The notes: a model not told the origin generated them from the sequence alone. DNA of 64,000 nt from Pyrinomonadaceae bacterium (GCA_963807365.1 CAWEBR010000005.1:10087-74086), one strand, 5' to 3'. Shown: positions 1-11,400, counted from the first letter of the stretch. Translations and numbers: made by a program.

Positions 1-150
1 GACTGGGCCGATAAGAAGCACGACCTTTGTTTGCTCGATGCGGCCGGCGGCACGAAGCGCCGCCTGGTCCTACCCCACACGCCCCAGGCCATCAACGAAT
101 ACTTTACCAACCTGTGCGCGCGTTATCCCGGTCAACAGATTGCCGTCTGA
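1..150 (+). mobile_element. IS110-family transposase, N-terminal remnant (cut by window edge, stops at TGA 148-150)
   Basis: Frame-1 translation DWADKKHDLCLLDAAGGTKRRLVLPHTPQAINEYFTNLCARYPGQQIAV* resembles the conserved (G)IDW-x3-HD-x-C-x-LD start of IS110/IS116/IS902 DEDD transposases. No recognisable continuation in any frame after 150. Confidence 0.4.
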
Positions 151-242
151 GCATTACAGGGTTTGGCGGTCCCATCGATCGAGAAGCCGAAGGTCGCTGA
201 GGCACCGCAGGGTCGAATTTCTGAGTCGATCACGCCTCAGTT

Positions 243-272
243 TTGCACGTCGTTGCGGTCCTCGCGTATAAT
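243..272 (+). promoter_or_regulatory. sigma70-like promoter candidate for the pdh operon
   Basis: TTGCAC (243-248), 18-nt spacer, TATAAT (267-272), about 90 nt upstream of the pdhA start. Confidence 0.4.
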
Positions 273-358
273 CCACGGGTTCAAACCTTTACCAACAAAT
301 TGATTTTCTAACTGGAGCCGCCGTTTGATGGCGGTTCGTTTTCGGAAAGCGCTTATCA

Positions 359-1501
359 GTGGCAAAGTCGAGTTACGAAGCGAAAACGCGCAGGGCCGAC
401 CCTTCACGCCAACAGGTCGAAGACGAGAGCGTGGCTGTTATGGACGAGCCCGGTGATGATCAAGCAGCCGCCAGCGCCGACCAGGCAGCCGTCAAGGAGA
501 CCCAGAAGAGTCGGTTGGCTGCCATCGATCGTGAGACGCTGGTCCGTATCTACCGCGAGATGGTCCTGGCGCGCCGTTTTGAAGAAAAAGCAGCCGAAGC
601 TTACAGCACTGGAAAAATCGGGGGCTTTTGTCACCTCTACATCGGCCAGGAAGCCGTGGCCATTGGCGCCCTCTCTGCCATTCGCAAAGACGATTATGTG
701 CTGACCAGCTATCGCGAACACGCGCATGCGATCGCAAAGGGCATGTCGCCGGAATCGGTTATGGCGGAGCTTTACGGCAAGGCGGGCGGCTGCTCAAAAG
801 GCAAGGGCGGCTCGATGCACATGTTTGATCGCAAACTAAACTTTCTCGGCGGACACGGAATTGTCGCCGGCCAGATCCCGCTGGCCACGGGAGTGGCTTT
901 CGCGACCAAGTACAAAGGGACTGATCAGGTCACGCTCTGTTTCTTTGGTGAAGCGGCGGTCAACCAGGGGGCATTTCATGAGTCGTTAAATATGGCCCAG
1001 CTTTGGAAGTTGCCCTGTATCTACATTTGCGAAAACAATCAATACGGAATGGGCACCTCGTTGAAACGAGCGATGTCGTTGCAGAACATTGCGCAAAAAG
1101 GTGAAGCGTATGAAATCTCGTCGGAATTCGTCGACGGAATGGATGTGCTGGCCGTTCGCGAAGCAACGTTGAGAGCGCTCGAACGGGCGCGCCGGGATTA
1201 CTTGCCCACGCTCCTGGAGGTTCGCACCTACCGCTTTATGGGCCACTCGATGTCAGACCCGGGAAATTACCGGACGCGCGCGGAAATTGAGCTCCATCAG
1301 GAACGAGATCCGATCAAGCTCTTTGCGGCCAGCCTTAAGGAAGAAGGCGTGATGAAAGATGCGGACTTTGCCGAAATCGAGGCCACTGTTAAGGAACAGG
1401 TTGAGCGCGCGGTGAAGTTTGCTGAAGAGAGTCCGCTACCGGATCCCGGGGAGTTGTACACGGACGTGTATTCGAACCCAATAGTTCCCGGGCAAGGCTA
1501 A
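359..1501 (+). CDS. pdhA: pyruvate dehydrogenase E1 component, alpha subunit (TPP-dependent)
   Basis: 380-aa ORF with typical E1-alpha stretches (YREMVLARRFEE, GFCHLYIGQEA, GKGGSMH, CENNQYGMGTS, YRFMGHSMSDP). GTG start at 359; alternative ATG at 440. Confidence 0.93.
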   Translation: MAKSSYEAKTRRADPSRQQVEDESVAVMDEPGDDQAAASADQAAVKETQKSRLAAIDRETLVRIYREMVLARRFEEKAAEAYSTGKIGGFCHLYIGQEAVAIGALSAIRKDDYVLTSYREHAHAIAKGMSPESVMAELYGKAGGCSKGKGGSMHMFDRKLNFLGGHGIVAGQIPLATGVAFATKYKGTDQVTLCFFGEAAVNQGAFHESLNMAQLWKLPCIYICENNQYGMGTSLKRAMSLQNIAQKGEAYEISSEFVDGMDVLAVREATLRALERARRDYLPTLLEVRTYRFMGHSMSDPGNYRTRAEIELHQERDPIKLFAASLKEEGVMKDADFAEIEATVKEQVERAVKFAEESPLPDPGELYTDVYSNPIVPGQG

Positions 1502-1596
1502 CTTTAGTTTTGGGTGCGCGAGTAACCAGGTGAGCAGCGACCACCCCTTCGCAGTTTGCAAAACATCGAAATCCAAGAGCTGAGGAAACAGACTTA

Positions 1597-2583
1597 ATGG
1601 CAGTTGTGACGATGCGCGAAGCGCTCAATCAGGCCTTACGCGAAGAGATGCTTCGCGATGAGAGCGTATTCCTGATGGGCGAGGAAGTCGCTGCCTACGA
1701 GGGTGCGTATAAAGTCACGAAAGGACTGCTGGCCGAACTCGGTGACAAACGGGTTATCGATACTCCCATCACCGAACTCGGGTTTGCCGGACTCGGAGTC
1801 GGCGCAGCGATGGCGGGCTTACGCCCGATCATCGAATTCATGACCTTCAACTTTTCGATCCTCGCCACCGATCAGATCATCAACTCGGCCGCCAAAATGC
1901 TCTACATGTCGGGCGGCCAGTTCAAAATTCCGATCGTATTTCGTGGACCTGGCGGTTCAGCTTACCAGGTTAGTTCCCAACACTCTCAAGCCATCGAATC
2001 CTGGTTTGCATACTTTCCCGGACTCAAAGTGGTGATGCCTTCCACCCCGGCGGATGCTAAGGGACTACTCAAGTCGGCCATTCGAGACGACGATCCGGTG
2101 ATCTTCATCGAACAGGAAAGAATGTACGGAAACAAAGGCGAAGTTCCAGACGACGAGAATTTCACTATTCCGCATCGGCCTTGCCGATGTGAAACGAGAA
2201 GGCACAGATGCCACCATCGTGGCCCGTTCCCTGATGGTCCCCGTGGCCCTGAAGGCCGCTGAGCAACTGCAAGAGCAGGGCGTGTCGTGCGAAGTGATTG
2301 ATCCGCGAACTATTCGCCCGCTGGATATCGAGACTATCCTGAAGTCGGTTAAGAAGACTAATCGCGTGGTGATTGCTGAGGAAGTCGCATCCGTTCTTCG
2401 GAGTGTCCGGCGAGATTAGCGCCCAGATCATGGAGCGCGCCTTCGATTATCCTGGATGCTCCGGTGAAGCGAGTTTCCGGCGCGGACGTGCCGATGCCCT
2501 ATGCGAAGAACCTTGAGGAACTGGCAATCCCCAAGGTCGAACAGATCGTCGCGGCCGTTCGCGAAGTGTCGTATTTGGATTGA
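1597..2583 (+). pseudogene. pdhB: pyruvate dehydrogenase E1 beta subunit, reading frame broken three times
   Basis: E1-beta sequence continues across frames. Frame 1 (1597-~2172) ends ...ENFTIP. Frame 2 reads [16 protein letters not shown]...VVIAEE. Frame 3 reads [22 protein letters not shown]. Frame 1 again reads [23 protein letters not shown]...VSYLD* (stop 2581-2583). Each junction (~2173, ~2385, ~2451) behaves as one extra base. Confidence 0.9.
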
Positions 2584-2585
2584 AT

Positions 2586-2671
2586 GTCCGACAAACTTTA
2601 GTTTGTCGTCATGTAGTAGTCATCGTGCGTTTAAACGAATAAGGTCAGCGACAAACTGAAGTTTGTCGGAC
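2586..2671. repeat. double-palindrome intergenic repeat, copy 1 (REP-like)
   Basis: GTCCGACAAACTTTAGTTTGTCG (2586-2608), 40-nt spacer, CGACAAACTGAAGTTTGTCGGAC (2649-2671). Each arm is itself a palindrome and the two arms are inverted copies (22/23). Same element at 24661-24728 and 32810-32877. Confidence 0.85.
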
Positions 2672-2690
2672 GTCCTTCGAATCAAAACCA

Positions 2691-4037
2691 ATGGCAACCA
2701 AAGTAATCATGCCCAAGCTCTCTCCCACCATGGAGGAGGGACAACTTTCTCGCTGGCTCAAAAAAGAGGGCGATAAGGTATCAATGGGCGAACCGCTCGC
2801 TGAGATCGACACGGATAAGGCGACGATGGAAATGCAGGCGCTCGGAAATGGAGTGCTGCGCAAAATCCTTATTCAGGATGGTGAGTCGGCCCCGCTCGGT
2901 CAGATGATTGCCGTCATCGGTGAGCCGGACGAAGACATCTCGGCGCTCCTCGGCGAGGCCGAAAATACAAAATCACCCGAAACACCGACGGCGGCGGAGC
3001 CAAAAGAGACCGCAGAGACGAAACCGCAGGCTTCGGCTAAACCTAACGCTGAACCGATGCCCGAAGAGACGGCGAAGGCAGAACCTGTCGCAAAGGCTGA
3101 GGCCGTCGTCACTAAGAAAGCTGATGCCGGCGGAGCGGTTGGAAACGGGAATCAAAGGGGCAGGTTGATCGTTTCTCCCCTGGCCGCGCGCATGGCGGCT
3201 GAAGCGGGAATTGACCTGCGCACCGTAACCGGTAGTGGACCAGGCGGTAGAATAATTAAACGAGACGTGGAGGGGCTGGTTTCCGGCACAGCGGAAACTG
3301 CAACTCCCGCTGACCCTCAGCGAGCCCTGGGGCAACAGTCTCCTGCTGAGCCGTCGGCTTATCGCGACGTTCCCGCCAGCGAAATGCGACGCACCATCGC
3401 TAAACGCCTGGTAACGTCGCTGGGTCCGATTCCACATTTCTTCCTGACCACTGAGATCGAGATGGACCGCGCCGCGGAGATGCGCGCCAGCATTAACGCG
3501 CTCAATCCGGAGCTGAAAATCAGCGTCAACGACATCATCATCAAGGTGGCTGCCGCAGCTCTGCGGCAACATCCGCAAGTCAACGCGTCGTTCCAGGATA
3601 AAGTTGTTCGCTACTACGAACATGCCGACATTGGAGTGGCGGTCGCAATTGAAGATGGCTTGATCACTCCGATTATTCGCTCGGCAGACCAGAAGTCCCT
3701 CGGTGAAATTGCTACTGAGATTCGCGACCTCGCTGGGCGCGCGCGCAACCGGAAATTGCGACCGGAAGAATTTCTGGGCGCAACGTTTTCGATCAGCAAT
3801 CTGGGGATGTTCGGCATCGATGAATTCACAGCCGTAATTAATCCGCCGGAAGGTGCAATCCTCGCCGTCGGTGCGATGGCGCCGAAACCAGTGGTTCGCG
3901 AAAATGAGGTTGTTGTTCGCCAGATGATGCGAGTAACCATGTCCTGTGACCATCGAGTCATCGACGGCGCCACCGGAGCTAAATTCTTACAAACTTTCAA
4001 GAAGATCCTCGAGAACCCGTTGTTCCTGGTGGTCTGA
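2691..4037 (+). CDS. pdhC: dihydrolipoamide acetyltransferase (E2) of pyruvate dehydrogenase complex
   Basis: 448 aa. N-terminal lipoyl domain (EIDTDKATMEM), Ala/Pro/Glu-rich linker, peripheral subunit-binding domain (SPLARMAAEAGIDL), catalytic domain with DHRVIDG. Confidence 0.95.
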   Translation: MATKVIMPKLSPTMEEGQLSRWLKKEGDKVSMGEPLAEIDTDKATMEMQALGNGVLRKILIQDGESAPLGQMIAVIGEPDEDISALLGEAENTKSPETPTAAEPKETAETKPQASAKPNAEPMPEETAKAEPVAKAEAVVTKKADAGGAVGNGNQRGRLIVSPLAARMAAEAGIDLRTVTGSGPGGRIIKRDVEGLVSGTAETATPADPQRALGQQSPAEPSAYRDVPASEMRRTIAKRLVTSLGPIPHFFLTTEIEMDRAAEMRASINALNPELKISVNDIIIKVAAAALRQHPQVNASFQDKVVRYYEHADIGVAVAIEDGLITPIIRSADQKSLGEIATEIRDLAGRARNRKLRPEEFLGATFSISNLGMFGIDEFTAVINPPEGAILAVGAMAPKPVVRENEVVVRQMMRVTMSCDHRVIDGATGAKFLQTFKKILENPLFLVV

Positions 4038-4065
4038 GCCAGCATTAAAACACGGTAGAAACAAA

Positions 4066-4102
4066 GACTCGCTGAGGATTCCTCGCGAGTCTTCTTTGTT
4101 TA
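4066..4102 (+). terminator. rho-independent terminator after pdhC
   Basis: AGACTCGC (4066-4073) pairs with GCGAGTCT (4086-4093), followed by TCTTTGTTT. Confidence 0.6.
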
Positions 4103-4286
4103 GTCTGCCAACCTCAACCGCGAGAGATCGGTTGGTGAACCTTTCGAGGAGTTTTTCCCGTTGGGGGGATCTGTAGCAACTTATGTCTCCGGCTGTTCGA
4201 CATCACTGGCAGGTATCGGCACAATCGCCGTCGTGGAAAAATCACCGCAGAGATCAAAGAGTCGTTCGTTCACTGAACGAGGCATA

Positions 4287-5198
4287 ATGCCTCACGTAGC
4301 GCTGGTGACCGTGCAGGTCATGTTTGGCACGTGGCCCATCTTTGGAAAGATAGTCCTGAGGTCTATGTCCAGCATCAGCCTGGTGGGACTGCGAATCTGC
4401 GGCGCGGCGCTCGTCCTGACGCTTTTCCGGCGACAATTCGACCAACTAGTTCGACTGCCCCGGCGCATTCTTGCCTGGATAGTGCTCTCCAGTCTGCTGG
4501 GAGTAGTCCTGAACCAACTACTGTTCGTAAAGGGACTGTCTTTCACCACCGCCATCAACGCATCGCTCATCACCACTACCATTCCGGTATTTACACTTGC
4601 CGTAAGTATCGCGCTCGGTTACGAGCGCCTTTCGCTTCGACATGTGCTGGGAATTGGGCTGGCCGCTGCCGGCGTGATCTATCTGGTGGACCCGCTGCGC
4701 GCAAGTTTTTCCGCGCAAACAACGCTCGGCAACATTCTTATCGTTATCAATTCGTTCTCATACGGAGCCTACATCGCGGTGTCGCGAGATCTCTTTCGGC
4801 GTTATGGAGCGCTCGACGTGATCACCTGGATTTTTCTGGTTGGCGCGATCATCACCTTGCCCTTTGCCGGCTTTGCCTGGACTGGTGATGAGCTGAGCGC
4901 TGTTCCCTTCACCACCTGGCTCATAGTCGCGTACATCGTCCTGTTTCCGACGGTGGCAGCTTATTATCTGAATTCGTGGGCGGTGATTCGCGTCTCACCC
5001 GGCATTGTGGCGATCTATGTTTACCTCCAACCGCTGCTGGCCTTCGGTTTCGCGCCGATGATTCTGGGAGAGAGCTGGAATTCGAGAACGCTCGTAGCCT
5101 GCGCACTAATTTTTGCGGGCGTCGGGGTGGTTACGATTTACAGTCGCAGCCGCGCTGTAGAGGAAGTTTCGGAGCATCCCGACGCGACGGCTCATTAG
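4287..5198 (+). CDS. EamA/DMT-superfamily transporter
   Basis: About 10 predicted TM helices and two EamA-like halves. ORF opens at 4161, but ATG 4287 (MPHVALVTVQVMFGTWPIFGK) is the likely start. Confidence 0.85.
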   Translation: MPHVALVTVQVMFGTWPIFGKIVLRSMSSISLVGLRICGAALVLTLFRRQFDQLVRLPRRILAWIVLSSLLGVVLNQLLFVKGLSFTTAINASLITTTIPVFTLAVSIALGYERLSLRHVLGIGLAAAGVIYLVDPLRASFSAQTTLGNILIVINSFSYGAYIAVSRDLFRRYGALDVITWIFLVGAIITLPFAGFAWTGDELSAVPFTTWLIVAYIVLFPTVAAYYLNSWAVIRVSPGIVAIYVYLQPLLAFGFAPMILGESWNSRTLVACALIFAGVGVVTIYSRSRAVEEVSEHPDATAH

Positions 5199-5448
5199 TT
5201 AAGAGGGCCGTCTTGCTATAAACATTTCGCTTCTCTGGAGCTAGATTAACGTCGACTGTCGGGGTCCCTGTCTCCGTCTAGTCACTCGTCGGGCGATATG
5301 GTAATCTGCTGCCAGGCGAACACCTTTCTAAGCGCTACTTTCCTCAGGAAAATTGAGCGAACGCGCTGGAGAGATGCTCAACCACCCAACTCCCTGGGGA
5401 CCCGCGAAACGCTGCAAACCAATCACGATTTAGTAGGAAGTAGTATCA

Positions 5449-8400
5449 ATGAGGTTACCACCCCCCCACTCCTCGATTTGCGCTCGAACTGTATTCATGC
5501 GTCGCTTAGCTTTCTGGCGACGACCGCGGCGACGCAGCAACAGGATCTGGATCACTAATCCCTTGCGTGTGTTGAGCCTGGGACTCGTGACCGCGATCGT
5601 ACTCTTCGCAGGTTTCGCCAAACTATTTGATCGCGCGACCCATGCGGAGTCGCCGGCGATCGCGTCCAATTTCTTGCTACCCGGAGACCCAGAGTCAAGC
5701 CGGATTGCCAATCATTATGGCGAGCTCCCGCTCCGCTTTGAGCCGAATGAGGGACAAACTGATGAGCGCGTCAAGTTTCTCTCTCGAGGCCCAGGTTACG
5801 ATCTGTTCCTGACGGCTACCGGCGCAGTGATCACATTGCGAAAGCCCAGCGCCCAAATCGACAACTCGGATGCAGCGCCGAAGAGCCTCCTGAGTGTTTC
5901 TGACCGGGAGATCTCCGTCTTGCGTCTGAATTTGATCGGCGCGAATGCGCAAGCTCGGGTTGAGGCCCAGGAGGAACTCCCGGGAAAGATCAATTACCTA
6001 ATCGGCAACGATCCGACGAAGTGGCATTCGAATATTTCCACTTATGGCAAGGTGCTTTACAAGCAGATATACCCCGGCGTCGATATGGTTTACTACGGAA
6101 ACCAGCGACAACTTGAATTCGACTTTGTAGTCGCGCCGCACGCAGATCCGCGAGCAGTGAAATTCAATGTGGAGGGTGCTCAAAAACTCAGGGTTGATGA
6201 TAATGGCGACTTGGTGATGACGGTAAAAGGCAGCGAAGTGAGGCTGCGCAAACCCGTGATCTACCAGACCAACGACCTGGGCGAGCGGAACGAAGTTGCG
6301 GGTAGGTATGCGTTGAAAGGCAACGAGGTAAGCTTCCGCATTAAGAAATATAACTCGGGGAAGATATTAGTAATCGATCCGATCCTCTCCTATTCGACCT
6401 ATTTCGGTCCCGCTGCTAGTGCACTGGCAATTTCAGTCGACGCTTCCGGTAACGCCTATCTGACGGGAACCGCTATCTCGGGGAACTTCCCTTCGACTCC
6501 CGGTTCATACCAGCCGGTCAGCAACCAGTCTGGACCCGACGCTTTTGTGACGAAGCTAAATCCCAGCGGGACCGCACTCGTTTACTCCACTTTTCTGGGT
6601 GGCACCGGCAACGACGCGGGCAAGGCTATCGCAGTTGATTCATCCGGAAACGCATATATCACCGGTGAGACCAGATCCTCGAATTTCCCGACGGTCAACT
6701 CCATCAGAAGCAGCACTGCGAATTTCATGACGACTTCTGATAGCGGCGGTAACTGGAGTGGCCGGTTTATTGGGCCGCCCAATGGAATTGTGAATGTGTT
6801 GGTGATTGACCCGCTCACTCCTACTACGATCTACGCCGGCATGGGTGCTAACAATGGAAGTGGAGTTTATAAATCAACAGATGGCGGCGTTAACTGGGTC
6901 GCGCTCAATACCGGCCTAACGGTTTTCAATTGTCCGGCGCTCGTCATCGATCCGATCACACCGTCGACGCTGTACGCAAGTCTCAACACGAATATCTCTC
7001 CGGGTACCGGGCTTTACAAGAGTATCGATGCGGGCGCCAGCTGGACGCTGCTCAATAACGGGCTTAGCGGTGTAAATGTGAGCGCCCTGGCCATCGATCC
7101 GTCGTCGCCATCGACCCTTTACGCCGGTTCGGGGTTTCTTGGATTGTTCAAGACTACTAACGGTGGCGCATCGTGGTCGAACTCGAGTACGGGAATTACC
7201 TTTGGTGGAATCACTGCGATTGTGGTCGACCCGGCCAACTCAGCAACTGTCTACGCGAGTGCGGGAGGTGGTGGCGTTTTCAAGACCTCGAACGGCGGTG
7301 GAAATTGGAGTCAATTCAATACTGGTCTAACGAACACGAGTATCCGAACCTTGAATATGGATTCTGCTTCGAACCTCTATGCCGGCAGTTCAGGCGGCGG
7401 CCTGTTTAAAAGCACGAATGGCGGTGGCAACTGGAGTCCTCTGAACAACGGGCTACCTACCTTTACCTTAGTAACCGCTCTGGCGATTAACTCAAATGCT
7501 TCCTCTATGTTTCTAGGCTCGGGCGACGCGCGAATCTACAAGAGCATCGACAGTGGAGCTAGCTGGAGCATCAACTACGAGACTCTGACTTCCACCAGAT
7601 TTAATGCCCTCGCAATGAATCCTGCAAATAGTTCCGTTGTTTATGCAGGGATCAGAATTCAATCCAGTGACCCATTAAGTGATTCAGAAGCATTTGTCGC
7701 CAAGCTCAACCCGAGTGGTTCAGCCCTCGTCTATTCTACTTATCTGGGTGGCAACAAGGATGACGTCGGCCGTGGCATAGCGGTCGATTCAACGGGTAAG
7801 GCTTATGTGACGGGAGATACATCTTCTACGTCGTTTCCAGTGGTTGCGGCATTTCAGTCAACCTTGAAGGGGGCGCCTGACGGGTTTGTCACGGCCTTCC
7901 ATTCGTCCGGCTCTGCGCTCGTGTATTCGACTTACCTGGGTGGTGATAACTTCGAGACCGCCAACGGCATCGCTGTGGACGGGGGCGGAAATGCTTACGT
8001 AACCGGCGGCACCTTCTCTACCAACTTCCCGGTAGCTAACGCGTTTCAGTCAAGTCTGGCAGGTGGGTTATTCGAAGCAGACGTGTTCGCCACAAAATTC
8101 AGCAGCACCGGAGCGCTGGCATATTCCACGTATCTTGGCGGTAACGGTATTGATACCGGCTACGGAATTGCCGTCGACTCATCCGGCAGTGCGTACATTG
8201 CGGGGGTCAATGGATCAAACAACTTTCCCGTTGCCGGCCCCATTGATCCAACACCCTCCGGGGGTTTCGTCACCAAGCTCAATAGCCTGGGATCGGGCCT
8301 CGTTTACTCGACCTATTTGGGCAATAGCCGGGGCATCGCAGTCGATTCAGCAGGCAACGCTTATGTGACTGGGTTTACCCGTTCGGCAGAGTTTCCCCTG

Positions 8401-11400
8401 GTTGCAGGCAGCTTGCGAACTAAGAGCCCCTTCTTCACGAGTAGTAATGGCGGCGGTGAATGGAACAATGACAACTATGGTCTGAAGACCGAGGCCCTTA
8501 CCGTTCTTGCTTTGGCCCCCACCAGCCCATCCACTATCTACGGGGGAACGCAAGGCAGTGTTTTCCAGAGCACGAATGGCGGGCGCAACTGGAATCCGAT
8601 CAACACGGGTTTAGTGAGACCCTGGGTGACCGGAATAGTGGTCGACCCAACTACGCCATCTACGGTGTATCTCGGCGCAAAAACTAACGACGGCGTCAGC
8701 AGCAGAGGTGTTTTCAAGAGCACCAACGGCGGCGGCACGTGGGCACCCGCGAGTACCGGGATCCCAAGCGATGTTTTTTCACTGGCCATCGATCCCGTTA
8801 CACCATCAACTCTATACGCAGGCGCTGGTGGCGTTTACAAAAGCATTAACGGTGGTAGCACATGGAGCACGACCGGTCAGCCACTTTCCGGTATCGAAGC
8901 GATAGCAATCGATCCGATAACTCCGACAACGCTGTATGCTGGCGGAAATGGTGGTGTCTTCAAGAGCACCGATGGCGGTGGCATCTGGCAGCCAGTCAAC
9001 AATGGATTGGCGAGCTTTTCCGTTATTAGCCTCGCAATTGATCCTGTAACGCCTTCGACAGTTTACGCAGGTCTTAGCGGTGCGCTGTGCAAGAGCGTTG
9101 ACGGCGGCAATAACTGGACGACCATTAAGACGGGACAGACCCGTGCGATCGCGATCGATCCTGTGACCCCTTCGACGATTTATGCTGCCGGCGGTTTCAA
9201 CGGGGGAGTGGGCAAGAGCAGCGACGGCGGTAACAACTGGATCTCAGTCGGAGGCGGCCCGACGAATGGTGCAATCTGGGCGTTGAAGATTAACCCGCAG
9301 AAACCCTCGACTATCCATTTGGGTGCCCAAAATTTCCCAACTGATAACGACGCTTTCGTCACCAAAATAAATCAGGCAGGCACTGCCTTCCTCTATTCCA
9401 CATTACTCGGTGGCGATCCAGCGCCAAACGATTCGTCGGGTCAAAACGATGAAGGCTTTGGAATTGCGGTTGATTCGGCAGGCCACGCTTACGTCACCGG
9501 CTCTACCACGTCGTCGAATTTTCCAACAACGCCTGACGCTTACCTTCCGGTTCAGGTTGGCAGCTCATTCGTTTCCAAGCTAACTATGTCGTATTTGATT
9601 AGCGGTCAGGTGCTGGACGGAAGTAGCATGCCAGTAAGCGGCGTCGACGTGGTCCTCAACGACGGTGCTTCGCTAACTGCACTGACCACTGAAAGCGATG
9701 GGAGTTATCAGTTCTCCAATTTGCGCGAAGGCGGGAGCTTCACCGTATCTGCGACTAAGCCCCACTTTACGATGGCGCCACCAAGCCACACATTTAACAA
9801 TTTAAGCAGCAATCAAACTGCAAACTTCACCGCCACTGCCACTGCCGCTCCCTTCTACACGATCAGTGGAACCGTTACGAATAACAGCGTGGGGCTGGCC
9901 GGTGTAACCCTGACCTTGAGCGGATCGCAGCCTGGTCTTACAACCACAGACAGCGCCGGCAACTATTCATTAACACTCGCAGGCGGCGGCAACTACACGG
10001 TAACGCCGTCACTGCTTGGTTTCGCGTTTACACTGCCAAGCCAAACCTTCAATAGCCTGAGCGCTAATCAAGCCGCAAACTTCACCGCAACCCGTCAGAG
10101 CTTTGTCGTTACCAATGCCGATAACCATGGAACCGGATCGTTGCGTCAGGCCATGCTGGATGCCAATGCGACAGCCGGGGCCGACAACATCGTCTTCAAC
10201 ATCCCAGGCGGCGGAGTTCACACGATTAATTTGTTGCTGGCCCTTCCCGATATCACAGATCCGGTAGTGATTGATGCGACGACGCAGCCAGGTTATGCGG
10301 GCGTGCCACTAATTGAATTGAACGGGGCCGCAGTTGGGAATAATCAGGCTGGATTTCGGATCAACGCCGGCCATAGCACCATTCGCGGTTTTGTGCTTAA
10401 TCGCTTTAGTAACGGATTCGGCGCGATCTACATTAGTACCAATGGCTCGAATGTGATTCAGGCTAATTACATCGGCTTAAACTCCGCCGGGACGCTCAGC
10501 AGGGGCAACCACAGCGGGATACTCATCTCAAACTCGTCCAACAATCTGATCGGCGGCACTACTCCCGCAGCCCGCAATGTGATCTCCGGGAATTCGTTCC
10601 ACGGGATAAGCATCAGCAGTCCGGGCAATCTGATCACCGGCAACTTCATCGGCACGAACGCCTCGGGCACAGCGGCTGTCGGAAATGGGATCAACGGCGT
10701 GGAGATCTACAACGTTTCCACCCCGGGCGCTATTAACAACGTGATTGGAGGAACAACCCCAGGTGCCGGCAACCTCATATCAGGCAATTCAACTGGCATT
10801 AGACTTGGCGCGACCGGGCAATTGGTTCAGGGAAATCTTATTGGCACGGACGTCTCGGGCACAGCGGCCGTAGGAAATGGCACGGGGATTAACACCAACG
10901 CTCCTGACACGATCATCGGGGGTACGGCTTCGGGAGCCCGCAACATCATCTCCGGGAATGGTGGAGACGGGCTGACTATCGGCGGCACTGGCAGTCGTCT
11001 CGAGGGAAATTTCATCGGCACTGACATTACCGGAACCGTGGCTTTGGGTAATGGCGGCAGCGGAGTAGTTGCGGGTGGCGGAGCCTTGATTGGTGGCACG
11101 ACGCCGGCAGCTCGAAACGTAATCTCCGGAAACGGAGGATTTGCAAACATTTCCCTCGGCTCCAACAGTTCTGGGGCGCAAGCCATCGTCCAGGGTAATT
11201 ACATCGGCACGGATGTCACCGGAAATGTTGCCTTGAACAATCCTGCGGCGGGAATTTCAGTTTCGAGTTCGTCGCATCTGATTGGTGGTTTGATGCCCGG
11301 CGCAGGGAACGTCATTTCCGGTAACCGGAGCGGCATTGAGCTTGGAGGATCCATCAGTAGTCAGCCGTTAGGGATTACCGTTCAGGGAAACATCATAGGT

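Noticed and set aside
38-271. 77-aa Arg-rich ORF at the window start.
   Set aside because: It is out of frame with the IS110-like fragment, has low-complexity basic composition and overlaps the promoter candidate. Most likely non-coding.
2973-3953. 326-aa ORF on the minus strand inside the E2 gene. Many similar long antisense ORFs occur elsewhere, e.g. 404-727, 10789-11186, 22200-22837, 36154-36777, 37233-37874.
   Set aside because: They lie entirely within strongly supported genes on the opposite strand. Their composition is Arg/Ser/Pro-biased as expected from high-GC antisense frames. No recognisable motifs. They are shadow ORFs.
5461-5467. C7 homopolymer between the two candidate start codons of the giant gene, considered as a slipped-strand phase-variation switch.
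   Set aside because: The tract is short. The downstream ATG 5497 with its own signal-anchor would still initiate if the tract changed length, so no on/off logic is evident.
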